From positions 17,219 through 81,218 of the forward strand of contig PATC01000016.1 in the NCBI GenBank assembly GCA_002712285.1: a stretch of 64,000 bases of DNA, written 5' to 3'. Of this stretch, positions 38,637 through 48,202 are shown piece after piece. A program made the position numbers and the translations under genes. Under the pieces are notes generated by a model. That model saw only the letters and a program-made list of their open reading frames with translations. It was not told the DNA's origin and ran no database searches. Numbering within the stretch: the first letter of the stretch is position 1; each line of letters begins with the position of its first letter. This DNA is from Methanobacteriota archaeon. Lineage in GTDB: Archaea > Thermoplasmatota > Poseidoniia > Poseidoniales > Thalassarchaeaceae.

Positions 38637-39740
38637 TTATTGATTGAATAATTGAACTGCTGTGATTACTCGTTGTACTTCGTCATCGGTCAATAGAGGG
38701 AATACAGGTATTGAGACTATTTCATTACACAACTTTTCTGTAAAAGCAAGAGTCCCTAGTTTTGATTGTGGGTGTTTAGAAAATACTGGTTGTAAATGAC
38801 AGGGGATTGGATAATGGATTCCTGTACTTATTCCATGATTGGACATATGATCTATGAAGGATTCACGGTTAGATACACGGAGAACAAATTGGTGCCAAGC
38901 GTGAATTGCACCGGGTCGAATTTTTGGTAATTCAAATTCAGTGTCTGAAAGGGATTCTAAGTATCTATTCGCGATCAGATTTCTTCTTTCCACCCAGTGA
39001 TTCAAATGTTTCAATTGTACTCGACCGATTCCACATTGTATCTCAGATAGACGGAAGTTGGTACCAAGAATGTCATTGCGGTATTTATCACTTCGACCAT
39101 GGTCGATAAATAAACGAATGGAGTCTGCTAAATCTTCTCTTGTAGTGATTATTGCTCCTCCATCTCCACCAACTGCCATATTTTTACTTGGGAAAAAGGA
39201 AAATGTTGCAATATCTCCGAATGAGCCAATTCTACGATTGTTCAATGCCCCGCCGTGACCTTGTGCACTATCTTCAATGACTGGGATTTGGTGTTGTTTT
39301 GCGATTTCAAAAATTGATTGATCCACTGGTTGACCATAGAGATGAACGGCAATGATAGCTTTGGTTTTCTCAGTAATTGCAGACCTCATTGATTCTGGAT
39401 CGATTGTGTAGTATTCTTCTTCCACTTCAACAAAAATTGGAGTCGCACGAACAAGTTCAATGCACGTTGCACTTGCAATATATGTGTGGCTGGGAACTAT
39501 GACTTCATCGCCCGGTCCAACACCTAAAACATGGAGGGCTGCAATTAGTGCCACAGAGCCATTACTACACGGAGTACCAGCATATGCCCCACAATATTCC
39601 GCCCATTCTGCGCCGAAGGCTTTGGATTCTGGACCTTTGATCCATGCTCCTGAATCGAGAATATTTTGTGTAACTTCTCGCATTTCATCATCAATGTGCA
39701 TCCGTCCCATCGGAATCCGATTGGATGTCGTCATAACCAT
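38637..39740 (-). CDS. DegT/DnrJ/EryC1/StrS-family PLP-dependent sugar aminotransferase (WbpE-like)
   Basis: Family motifs VIVPSHTYIASA, AVHLYGQP, EDSAQGHG and the PLP-lysine context TFSFFPSKNM. 367 aa. Confidence 0.9.
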   Translation of the reverse strand: MVMTTSNRIPMGRMHIDDEMREVTQNILDSGAWIKGPESKAFGAEWAEYCGAYAGTPCSNGSVALIAALHVLGVGPGDEVIVPSHTYIASATCIELVRATPIFVEVEEEYYTIDPESMRSAITEKTKAIIAVHLYGQPVDQSIFEIAKQHQIPVIEDSAQGHGGALNNRRIGSFGDIATFSFFPSKNMAVGGDGGAIITTREDLADSIRLFIDHGRSDKYRNDILGTNFRLSEIQCGIGRVQLKHLNHWVERRNLIANRYLESLSDTEFELPKIRPGAIHAWHQFVLRVSNRESFIDHMSNHGISTGIHYPIPCHLQPVFSKHPQSKLGTLAFTEKLCNEIVSIPVFPLLTDDEVQRVITAVQLFNQ

Positions 39741-39776
39741 GCGTGATGGAGGCTGTATTTGACCAGTTGCTTCAAT

Positions 39777-41003
39777 TTAGGTGATCAAGTTCTCAAGTAG
39801 TGTATGGAAAATTGAAATTGATCTACGATGGTCTGTAATGCTTGCATGTTCAAACGCTAGATGGCCTAAATCGTGTCTGCGAGCCCAGCAATCACGTAAT
39901 GCGCTTTCAAATTCCTCAAGATTGTGGTGATCTTCAACAACAATTCCACCCGGACCTACTGCTTCTGGTTGAGATCCTATTGAGCAAGTAACCGTCGGCA
40001 CACCAAATATTCCTGCCTCGTTAATTACTCGCCCCCATGAACCAGTGGTCTCTGTAATGAGAATATGTACATCGGTGTTTGAGAATGCTTCTTCCACTGG
40101 CACATGTCCATGTAAAGTCACATTTTCATGATGATGAAGTCGTTCAATATATGCGCCAGACCCGTAAAGATCGAAATGGACTTCAGGCCACACTTTCAGA
40201 ATATGGGGAAATAAGCGATTATAAGTCTCAAAACCTTTCTCTGGAGTGATGCCCACAATGCTAAATCTTGGACTATCTAACGTATCTTTTCTACTTTCTA
40301 AACCATCCAAACGTATTCGCTCAACATTTTCAATATCGATGAATCGAGCTGCATAATCAATGGGCAAAGGGATATTTGAATTCATGTTAATTGAAAAATT
40401 GTCCTTGACTTGTTGACCTAAACCTAATCCAGCAGTACATACGCAAATAGCTTCTGAAATCGCTTTTGAAAAAATATTGGGAAAACGAAATGGAATATCA
40501 TCTCGAATGAAGATGAGATAGGGGATATTTCGTTCTGAAAATGCTTTGGCAGCACCTGCTGACCATTCCAGTTGGGTGATGCCTAGCCTCGGTTTTTCAG
40601 GCATTTCATCGAGCCATGTTCCTACTTTTTTTGCAAACCGATTATTGACATTACGAAGATGGTAACTGAATAAACGCGGATGGGATTGTTCTGAACGTTT
40701 TGAACGTAAACGCCAAGCAAGTCCAGAAAATATAGATTCTGTAGATGTGTTGATGATATGGGTTTGAATTTCTTTGTTAAGTAAGCCAGTTGGTTCTCCA
40801 TTCATTGCAAAACAAGTAGATACAATCCAAGGCTCTAGGTATTGGCTTTTATTTTCAATAGAGGGTATAAGTGGTTGAAAATGGTTTGAAGAGTCGTATT
40901 TGGAGCTCGGGGTTATCACTCCATTCAACAATGAACAAAGTGACCTTTCGGCACCACCTCCTGTTGGATCAAGAGCTCTTGTTGCCACAGCAATTGTTCT
41001 CAT
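39777..41003 (-). CDS. Glycosyltransferase (GT-B, GT4-like C-terminal domain)
   Basis: MRTIAVATRALDPTGGGAERS N-terminus and C-terminal HILITETTGSWGRVINEAGIFGVPTV. I placed the start at ATG 41003, because the track start at 41042 overlaps the upstream gene. Confidence 0.65.
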   Translation of the reverse strand: MRTIAVATRALDPTGGGAERSLCSLLNGVITPSSKYDSSNHFQPLIPSIENKSQYLEPWIVSTCFAMNGEPTGLLNKEIQTHIINTSTESIFSGLAWRLRSKRSEQSHPRLFSYHLRNVNNRFAKKVGTWLDEMPEKPRLGITQLEWSAGAAKAFSERNIPYLIFIRDDIPFRFPNIFSKAISEAICVCTAGLGLGQQVKDNFSINMNSNIPLPIDYAARFIDIENVERIRLDGLESRKDTLDSPRFSIVGITPEKGFETYNRLFPHILKVWPEVHFDLYGSGAYIERLHHHENVTLHGHVPVEEAFSNTDVHILITETTGSWGRVINEAGIFGVPTVTCSIGSQPEAVGPGGIVVEDHHNLEEFESALRDCWARRHDLGHLAFEHASITDHRRSISIFHTLLENLIT

Positions 41004-41013
41004 AGAGGTCCCT

Positions 41014-41571
41014 TCAATCACTCTCATCCTTACGCGCAGCAATGCGTTCTCTGGATGACTCGACTACACCATTTGGAAGAAAGGAAAGGGGTGGTACTGG
41101 GCCTGAAAAATTCGAATCCCATACCCTTTGACTGCGATCCCATATCTCTTGATTGCAGCACCACTCTAGCCATTCATCTACCCAATTACAACTAGCTTGA
41201 ACCGCTTCATCATCACTTGCATGACGGCGTAATAGTTCATTCAAATGACCCATCATCATGGCAGTCTGTGGCATAAGTTGGTAAGTAGCAAATGGATTTC
41301 TTTCAGTATCCACTGTTCTTTGCTCTTTCCACAAACCAAGAAAACGGTCGTAAACAAAACCAACAAAAAGAACGAATGTAATTACTAAAGCACCAATTGA
41401 TGCGAGGCCCCAATACGTTGTTGAAACACTAAGTATGGTGTTATCTCCTTCAAATCTCCATGATACATAAGGCCAGATAAGAAGAGTCAGTGTGGTTACC
41501 CAAAACGCCATGGAAATCAGAGTTTGGGACTGTTGAAGTCGCCAGTACTGCCGCATGATCGTCTTCTTCAT
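41014..41571 (-). CDS. Membrane protein, unknown function (3 TM plus Trp/Cys-rich soluble tail)
   Basis: 185-aa ORF, first gene of the minus-strand glycan sub-cluster after moeA. No motif recognised. Confidence 0.5.
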   Translation of the reverse strand: MKKTIMRQYWRLQQSQTLISMAFWVTTLTLLIWPYVSWRFEGDNTILSVSTTYWGLASIGALVITFVLFVGFVYDRFLGLWKEQRTVDTERNPFATYQLMPQTAMMMGHLNELLRRHASDDEAVQASCNWVDEWLEWCCNQEIWDRSQRVWDSNFSGPVPPLSFLPNGVVESSRERIAARKDESD

Positions 41572-41635
41572 GATTTGAAATGTATGGAATCCCCTTATGG
41601 AACCGATGGGTTCACGTCGTTACTACTGTATGATT

Positions 41636-42796
41636 TCAAACAATTAGCCACATAGCCTCCACAGATTCTCCGATGGCGATATCGACACCTGGTGGAATTA
41701 ATGTCAATGCATTGTTGAGCACCATCGAGCGAACATTTCCACTTCCTTGATGTGTTAAAGTTCGGCCAATAAGACCATTATCAGTGGGTGTGATTTGGAT
41801 GCGGCGAAGACATAGGCGATTTGGAGCGCCTCTCAATGGATCCTCCATTTTCACAATCACTTTACGATGGAAAATATCAGGATGAGTAATCCATGGCACG
41901 AGGAGAAGATGGAATACTGTTTGACTTGATACTGGATTACCTGGTAAACCGAATATTGGAGTTCCATTCCAATAACCAAAAATTGGTGGACCACCAGGAC
42001 GCATAAGGACTTTCCAAAAAATTGCATCGCCACGATCTATCAATGACGATCTAATGAAGTCCTTTTCACCCATACTTACTCCACCAGATGTAAGAATCAA
42101 ATCTACTTCCTTTGCACATCGATCGAGTATATCATGAAGTGATTCTTTGTCATCAAGTGTTGGTTTTATGACAATTGGTTCTGCACCTGCTTTACGAACT
42201 AAGGATGCGAGAGCCACACTATTCGATTCGTAGATTTTTCCAGGTTCTAATGGTAAACCTGGTTGAGTGAGTTCATCACCAGTTGGAATTATCGCAATTC
42301 GAAGTTTTGAACGAACTGGTAATGTGCTATAGCCTACTGTTGCAGCAAGTGCACAAGATGCAGGTGTAATGATATCTCCTTTGGAAAGAGCGCGTTCTCC
42401 GATTGAGATATTTTCACCTTTTTTTCGAATATACTCTTGTCGAGCTAGGCCATGTATTCCATCTTCAATCATTACCAGAGCGTTTGCGCCTGGTGGAATC
42501 GGAGCGCCAGTCATTATCCGATAGATTTCATTAGGTTTTATTGGGGCCATTATTGGTTTAGTTCCAGCAAAAATCGTTCCAACTTCTATTCTTGACTTTG
42601 CTAAATCAGTGGATTTTACTGCCCAACCATCAATAGATGAATTATCGAATGCCGGATCATCGCATTTAGCAAAGACATCTTCTGCAAGTATTCTACCTTG
42701 AGCAAGACTCAATGATACCTCTTCTGTAACCCATTTGAATGGGTGGGTTGCAAGTAACTCCTGTGCCCGTTTAACTGAGACGAGGGTTTCCATCAC
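41636..42796 (-). CDS. moeA: Molybdopterin molybdenumtransferase MoeA
   Basis: SIDGWAV, TGDEL, ILTSGGVSMGEKDF and GLPGNPVSS motifs. 386 aa. Confidence 0.85.
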   Translation of the reverse strand: MMETLVSVKRAQELLATHPFKWVTEEVSLSLAQGRILAEDVFAKCDDPAFDNSSIDGWAVKSTDLAKSRIEVGTIFAGTKPIMAPIKPNEIYRIMTGAPIPPGANALVMIEDGIHGLARQEYIRKKGENISIGERALSKGDIITPASCALAATVGYSTLPVRSKLRIAIIPTGDELTQPGLPLEPGKIYESNSVALASLVRKAGAEPIVIKPTLDDKESLHDILDRCAKEVDLILTSGGVSMGEKDFIRSSLIDRGDAIFWKVLMRPGGPPIFGYWNGTPIFGLPGNPVSSQTVFHLLLVPWITHPDIFHRKVIVKMEDPLRGAPNRLCLRRIQITPTDNGLIGRTLTHQGSGNVRSMVLNNALTLIPPGVDIAIGESVEAMWLIV

Positions 42797-42865
42797 CCTT
42801 CTTAGGGGAGTATTTGGTTTGAGAGCATTGGGAATCTATCTTAAGCGCGAAGAAAAGGAAGGGTT

Positions 42866-43627
42866 GTGACGCCTGAATTTGTGGTGGTCCTCTTTGGCCT
42901 CACAATAGTTGCGTTTCTCTATGCCTCTGTTGGACATGGAGGGGCTTCAGGATATCTCGCTATCCTCTCTCTGACAAGTTATGCTTCAATGTCAAATGAA
43001 TGGTTAAAACAACATGCATGGTGTCTTAATCTCGTTGTAGCTGCAATCGCTTTTCACCACTATCAGAAAGCAGGACATCATAATTCATCACTTACTATTC
43101 CATTCATTGTAACTAGTATCCCAGCAGCATTTCTAGGGGGAATGATGGTTGTGAATGATATTCTCTACGATACGTTGCTTTCTTTTGTTCTTATTTGGGC
43201 AGCAATTAGGATTGTACAAGGGGTAGGAGTTGATCTTGAAGATGAGATTAAAACTCCACCAAAACCAATTGCAATGGGAAGTGGTGTTGGAATTGGAGGT
43301 ATTAGTGGAATTATTGGAGTAGGGGGAGGGATTTTTCTCTCTCCACTTCTGATTCTAAAGGGGTGGGGTACTGCGAAAACAGTTGCTGCAACTTCAGCAG
43401 TTTTCATTTGGGCAAATTCATTTGCAGGCTTACTGGGCGTTATAGCTCGAGATGGTCTTGATCTAGATATTTCCACTTTAGGACCGTTTTCTATATGTGT
43501 GATTTTGGGGGGTTTTGTAGGGGCAAAATTTGGAGCAGGGGAATTCTCTCAATATACAATAAGGCGGCTGCTTGCAATTGTGTTAATTCTGGCGGCCATG
43601 AGACGAGTTATTGAATTGATATTATAG
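42866..43627 (+). CDS. TauE/SafE-family anion (sulfite-type) exporter
   Basis: 253 aa, about 8 Gly-rich TM helices with internal duplication (GGASGYLAILSL / GVGGGIFLSPLLIL). GTG start. Confidence 0.7.
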   Translation: MTPEFVVVLFGLTIVAFLYASVGHGGASGYLAILSLTSYASMSNEWLKQHAWCLNLVVAAIAFHHYQKAGHHNSSLTIPFIVTSIPAAFLGGMMVVNDILYDTLLSFVLIWAAIRIVQGVGVDLEDEIKTPPKPIAMGSGVGIGGISGIIGVGGGIFLSPLLILKGWGTAKTVAATSAVFIWANSFAGLLGVIARDGLDLDISTLGPFSICVILGGFVGAKFGAGEFSQYTIRRLLAIVLILAAMRRVIELIL

Positions 43628-43674
43628 TTACCATACGGATTAAGAATTATATTATTATCCATTTACGCCAGAAT

Positions 43675-45204
43675 GTGGCTACTCTTGCAGAACATTATGT
43701 AAGGGCATTTGGCGCTGATCGTTTTTTTGGATTAGATATGGTCATAAATTGGATTGCATTAGTAATTGTTGTATGGATAATTGGTCTTTCCTATTTAGTA
43801 TTGAAATCTGATACAACAAACCTACAAAATAGATTCATAGGCACCTTGCTACTTTTTGAGGGCTTAAAGGGAGTTTGGCAGGCCTCTAATATCATGCCTT
43901 ATGGAGTTGAATTCCAAGGAATATGGAATGTATTATGGATTCTAAAGATCGATGGTTTCATGATTGCAAATATTACAGCTGTGATTCTCTATCTTTTGTT
44001 CCCTGTATATTTTAAAATTAATTTTTTGAAATTTATGTATAATGAAAGAGTCCAACGATTTGCGTGGTGGATTGCCCCTATCATAGGGATTACAACCTGG
44101 GTCTTAATCAAGGATACGTCCCCATTTATCTTAGAAAATGCCTCATGGCTAAGCTGTTCGGCAGTAGGTGCTGAACCTGTTCTAAATGTGTGGTATGGGC
44201 AAGTTACTACTGAAGCAGAAAACATACGGAGTTCAATTGGAACGTGTACTGCTGTATTTGATAGTGTAATTAGTGATCAACGTGTGGGATTGTGGTTCCT
44301 GACCCTTATGGGGACACCAGTATCTATTGTTGCTCTTATTTTGATTCGAATTACAATTAAACAAAATGAAATGGATGGTAATAACGAACTAATTTCGAGG
44401 ACGTTTTACACAGGGTTCATGGGCAAGGTAATTGCAAATACAATTTTCTTCTCAACATTGCTCATAATCCTACCATTGCTTCATGGTGGTCCAGCTGGAT
44501 TCATAGCACAAGCAGAATGGAAATATGTTGATCGTTCTGTCATGGCGAATGTAAAATATTTCATTTGGACCACTAGTTTATCGCTGCCTGTTATTGGTGT
44601 TGGTTTCGAAGCTATGATGTTTGTATATGCATCTACGAAAGACACGATTCTCGGCATAGATGAAAAATTAAGAAAGACATTTACAAATACAATTTTTACT
44701 GGTGTGGGCGCGATTTCTTTTATCGCTGCTAGCGAAATCATGGAAAATGTGCTTGGATTTGGATTGATTGGTGGGGTATTTTTGGGGGTTGGATTATTTA
44801 TGGTTAGGAAGCCAGTAATCAGAATTCTCGATGGGTTTTCTAATCATCTAATCCCTTCAGATTATACTTCTGAAGAAAAAGAATATCTTGAGTTGTTTTC
44901 AACATCATTAGAGGATGGGGAAATCACAAATAATGAAAGAATATTACTGAAAACACTAGCTACAGCATACAGAATTACTGATGAAAGAGTTGTTGAGATT
45001 GAGCGAAATTTTACTGAAAATAAATCAGAGAATTCTATTGAAGAGACCAATATATCTGAAAAGATGTCAGTTGATCTTACCATACAAAAAGGGGATATTT
45101 TGGTTGTTCAACAATGGACGGATGAAAGGGGCCACACATGGAGAAATATGAGTGATGGTAGTACTCAATGGTGGAATGGTACTGTTTGGGAAGTATGGAG
45201 ATAA
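43675..45204 (+). CDS. Polytopic membrane protein with a cytoplasmic C-terminal tail (TerB-like helical segment plus Trp-rich beta module)
   Basis: 509 aa, about 10 TM segments. The tail contains EDGEITNNERILLKTLATAYRITDERVVEIE and the terminal ILVVQQWTDERGHTWRNMSDGSTQWWNGTVWEVW. No family assigned. Confidence 0.55.
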   Translation: MATLAEHYVRAFGADRFFGLDMVINWIALVIVVWIIGLSYLVLKSDTTNLQNRFIGTLLLFEGLKGVWQASNIMPYGVEFQGIWNVLWILKIDGFMIANITAVILYLLFPVYFKINFLKFMYNERVQRFAWWIAPIIGITTWVLIKDTSPFILENASWLSCSAVGAEPVLNVWYGQVTTEAENIRSSIGTCTAVFDSVISDQRVGLWFLTLMGTPVSIVALILIRITIKQNEMDGNNELISRTFYTGFMGKVIANTIFFSTLLIILPLLHGGPAGFIAQAEWKYVDRSVMANVKYFIWTTSLSLPVIGVGFEAMMFVYASTKDTILGIDEKLRKTFTNTIFTGVGAISFIAASEIMENVLGFGLIGGVFLGVGLFMVRKPVIRILDGFSNHLIPSDYTSEEKEYLELFSTSLEDGEITNNERILLKTLATAYRITDERVVEIERNFTENKSENSIEETNISEKMSVDLTIQKGDILVVQQWTDERGHTWRNMSDGSTQWWNGTVWEVWR

Positions 45205-45311
45205 ACTACCAAATGGACATAGATTCTTACTCAGATGATTCGTATAACTTAATCTCAATATGAAAAATTTACGAAAGTAGGGGGAAATCTTGTGGCGGAC
45301 TTAGGGAGCCG

Positions 45312-45671
45312 TCATTCAATTGTGTCCACATGCCCACAATCTGGATTTGCACATTCAACCTGGTAACGAGCACGCTTTGGTTTTGGAATTCGATTCATTG
45401 CACCACAATATGAGCATTGATGTTGAATAATTTCAGGTTGTTTGGGGCCTTCATCAGCCTGCTTCGGGTCTTGAATTTTTGACCAGCCAGCAGTTTCTCT
45501 ATGATCCTCGGTTTTTTTTACGGACCTAGAGCGCAATGAGAGTTTCATTTTACGGCGTTTACGACGGCCTTTTCCCTCTCGAGTTTTTGTGGGCTTCTTA
45601 GCTGCCATACTACAACCACAGGGGGTTCTGTATTCAATCACTTCGTAGATTTCAGAAGAATGTCGGGCCAA
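45312..45671 (-). CDS. Basic protein with a C-terminal zinc ribbon
   Basis: CSYCG...CANPDCGH (CxxC-x19-CxxxC) and a K/R-rich centre. The track start is TTG at 45671, and an internal ATG (MAAKKPTK) is an alternative. Confidence 0.45.
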   Translation of the reverse strand: MARHSSEIYEVIEYRTPCGCSMAAKKPTKTREGKGRRKRRKMKLSLRSRSVKKTEDHRETAGWSKIQDPKQADEGPKQPEIIQHQCSYCGAMNRIPKPKRARYQVECANPDCGHVDTIE

Positions 45672-45750
45672 CAGTTGACGATGATGATGAACGAATTGAG
45701 GTTTCGTGGACCATGAGTGTGTTCAGTGTTCAAGTTACTGAAATATAATG

Positions 45751-47064
45751 TCAAAATTCAATGTCTAGTGGAATTGAATTTTTAGGAACATGGACTCGTT
45801 GTCCGTTTTCTTCAATGGAAGCACGTAGTGGTTCGATTGCTTCATCTGGGAGATGAAATAGCACAACGTGTTTAGCTCCTGTGTTTTTTGCGAATTCAAC
45901 GAGATGATTATGGCCGCAATGATTTGAAAGATAATAGCGCTCGACTTCACAAGCAATTTTTGTGATCGTTCCATAAATTGGTAGTTTTCCTTCTTCAAGT
46001 AGCATTTCACCACCAGTACCTTCTGCTTGATACCCTGTGATTAAAACGGCTGATTCAGGATCCTCTTTTAATCGATTGAGATACCAAAGTACTGGGCCAC
46101 CTTTCAACATCCCACTTGTTGTAACTATAACATCACCATGGAGGGCCTTTTTCCGATCTGATTTGCTACTAATTCTACGTACCCAACGCCAAATTTTATC
46201 CCATTCTTCAGCATTTTTAATGTGATGTGGATGATCCATCCAATGTCTTGTTACACGTTTACCCATGCCATCATAGTGAACTCGAAGATTAGGGTCTGCA
46301 TGATAGAGAAGACGGAGGATGTCTTGACCCCTTCCTGATGCAAAAGCTGGAACAATCGCCACACCTCCACGAGCAACCACCTCCTGAATTTTCTGAATAA
46401 AGCGTGCTTCCTCTTCTTTCCGATCCGGGTGTTCTCGACCACCATAAGTTCCTTCCATTACCAATATATCAGTGGAAATTGGTTTCGCCCCTGAAACATT
46501 CGGGCTATCTCGGACATCAATATCACCCGTCCAAAGTATACGACATTCTGGTAATTCAAGTTCAATCATTGCAGCTCCTGGAACATGCCCGGCTGGATGG
46601 AGTTTCCAAGACCATTTACCAGTATTACGTATTTCTCCAAATTGTACTGATTCCCAGACATCGGCTGTTTCCTCAATATCTCTTTTATCCCATGGAAGGG
46701 GGTGTCCTTCAATTTTCGAAATTTTGTAAGTATCATGCCACATCATTGGAGCTAATGCTTCAGTAAGATCGGTTGAATAAATTGGACAGCCATGATTTGC
46801 AGAAATCCATGGAACCATTCCAATATGGTCTAAATGACCATGAGTTATGATTGCAGCATCAATGGATGGACATTCGTCGGGATACGTAGGAGGATCACCA
46901 GGTGATAAGCCATAATCAACCAAAAGACGGGTCCCTGTTTTATCCTCAATTACGCAGCCTACGTTACCAACTTCTTGGGCGCCACCAAGAAAATGAAATC
47001 GAACACCAGAATCCACTTTGTCTTGAGGATAGCTCGTGGTTCTCCCAGGAGTATAGAATACCAT
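45751..47064 (-). CDS. Metallo-beta-lactamase / beta-CASP-family ribonuclease (aCPSF2 / RNase J-like size class)
   Basis: MBL motif IITHGHLDHIG, later TGDID and a C-terminal HLSNHCGH-type His motif. 437 aa. Confidence 0.78.
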   Translation of the reverse strand: MVFYTPGRTTSYPQDKVDSGVRFHFLGGAQEVGNVGCVIEDKTGTRLLVDYGLSPGDPPTYPDECPSIDAAIITHGHLDHIGMVPWISANHGCPIYSTDLTEALAPMMWHDTYKISKIEGHPLPWDKRDIEETADVWESVQFGEIRNTGKWSWKLHPAGHVPGAAMIELELPECRILWTGDIDVRDSPNVSGAKPISTDILVMEGTYGGREHPDRKEEEARFIQKIQEVVARGGVAIVPAFASGRGQDILRLLYHADPNLRVHYDGMGKRVTRHWMDHPHHIKNAEEWDKIWRWVRRISSKSDRKKALHGDVIVTTSGMLKGGPVLWYLNRLKEDPESAVLITGYQAEGTGGEMLLEEGKLPIYGTITKIACEVERYYLSNHCGHNHLVEFAKNTGAKHVVLFHLPDEAIEPLRASIEENGQRVHVPKNSIPLDIEF

Positions 47065-47113
47065 GATCTTCTGTTTTCTTTGTACTCAATCAAATTATTG
47101 AGGGGCCCCGTTG

Positions 47114-47128
47114 ATTTCCATTGGAAAT
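47114..47128. promoter_or_regulatory. Inverted repeat ATTTCCA-T-TGGAAAT, preceded by palindrome GGGGCCCC (47102-47109)
   Basis: Perfect 7-1-7 inverted repeat read from the sequence, 50-64 nt upstream of the minus-strand beta-CASP start (47064). Confidence 0.3.
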
Positions 47129-47212
47129 TTGAGATCTCATATTTTCCGAACAGATGTATTACTCAACTCCAACTCAATAATGAATAACCTGAATTCTAAT
47201 AGTTCGATTGTG

Positions 47213-47248
47213 CATTGATTTTCTTAGTTTATTTTCATTGATTTTCTT
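47213..47248. repeat. Two perfect copies of CATTGATTTTCTT spaced 23 bp apart
   Basis: Copies at 47213-47225 and 47236-47248, identical over 13 nt. They lie in the 273-bp AT-rich divergent spacer, 90-125 nt upstream of the ferredoxin ATG. Confidence 0.6.
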
Positions 47249-47337
47249 TCTTGCAATTCAATAATTTATCCTCGAATAGAAATAAGGGGGGCAGGGAATC
47301 GGATGGATTCATTCAGTAAGAGAGTTTCCGCAGACCC

Positions 47338-47541
47338 ATGGCCCGCATCCCTGAACACGAATTCGTCGTTGATGACGATCGTTGTTTTGGATGTGCAGCA
47401 TGTGTTGCTTTTTGTCCAGTAAATGCTATCCAACTCAAAAAACATCTAGCTATTGCAATTGAACCTCAGTGTACTCATTGTAACCATTGTATTCCATTAT
47501 GTCCAGTTCATGCACTTTCTATCATTCGTGTGGTGTCTTGA
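47338..47541 (+). CDS. 2x[4Fe-4S] ferredoxin
   Basis: Two CxxCxxCxxxCP motifs: CFGCAACVAFCP and CTHCNHCIPLCP. 67 aa. Confidence 0.88.
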   Translation: MARIPEHEFVVDDDRCFGCAACVAFCPVNAIQLKKHLAIAIEPQCTHCNHCIPLCPVHALSIIRVVS

Positions 47542-48179
47542 TGCATGTTGATGTATTCATTCCTGATGCTAATTTGGAATCTCTCGTAATTGCTCGAATG
47601 ATTCAATTAAAATTTGACAATGAACTCTTTATTACAACAGAAAAAGCCGAATTTGGATTTCCAAATGAAGCCTGTGGACTAGTAAATTCACCGAATATAT
47701 TGAATGAATTAGAACTAAACCCCCTCCCAAATTCAATATCTTTGAGTTTAGAGAAACCTTTCGCTTTGAGATCAGAATGGTTGGAAAAACATCTTGCAAT
47801 TATTCTTGCTAAAAATGGTGCTAAATTACAAACTCGTTGTCGTTTTGAAATTAATTCTGAAAACAGTGGATTACTTCGTGGAGCAACAATCCATCAAGGC
47901 CCGATTACCTGGAATAAAATAGTCAATGTTGTTTATGATTCAACATTTATCCAATGGTTTGGTACAATCTCATCTTCAGATGGATTGGATGCTAAACACA
48001 AGGGTGTGAGAGCAGATGGTACGATTGAATCATGGAGAAACAAACCAATATCCTCGTCATCTATTCTTGAACGAAGAACTTGTTTCGGCTTAGAAAAAGG
48101 CCCATTTTACATCGATGACATAATTCACCATGCTCAAGAAAGAATTGACAGAATCATAAATCCTCCATCATTACCATAG
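47541..48179 (+). CDS. Geranylgeranyl-reductase-like protein lacking the dinucleotide-binding motif (hypothetical)
   Basis: ATG at 47541 shares its A with the ferredoxin stop (TGATG). MHVDVFIPDANLESLVIARMI occupies the position of the GGR yDVvVVGaGPAGs strand-loop-helix but has no GxGxxG. ACGLVNSPNILNELEL and LRSEWLEKHLAIILAKNGAKL resemble the GGR CGgglS and R..fD..La..A..aGA segments. The similarity is judged by eye only. Confidence 0.4.
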   Translation: MHVDVFIPDANLESLVIARMIQLKFDNELFITTEKAEFGFPNEACGLVNSPNILNELELNPLPNSISLSLEKPFALRSEWLEKHLAIILAKNGAKLQTRCRFEINSENSGLLRGATIHQGPITWNKIVNVVYDSTFIQWFGTISSSDGLDAKHKGVRADGTIESWRNKPISSSSILERRTCFGLEKGPFYIDDIIHHAQERIDRIINPPSLP

Positions 48180-48202
48180 GCTATCCCCAAAATTCCATTC
48201 TA

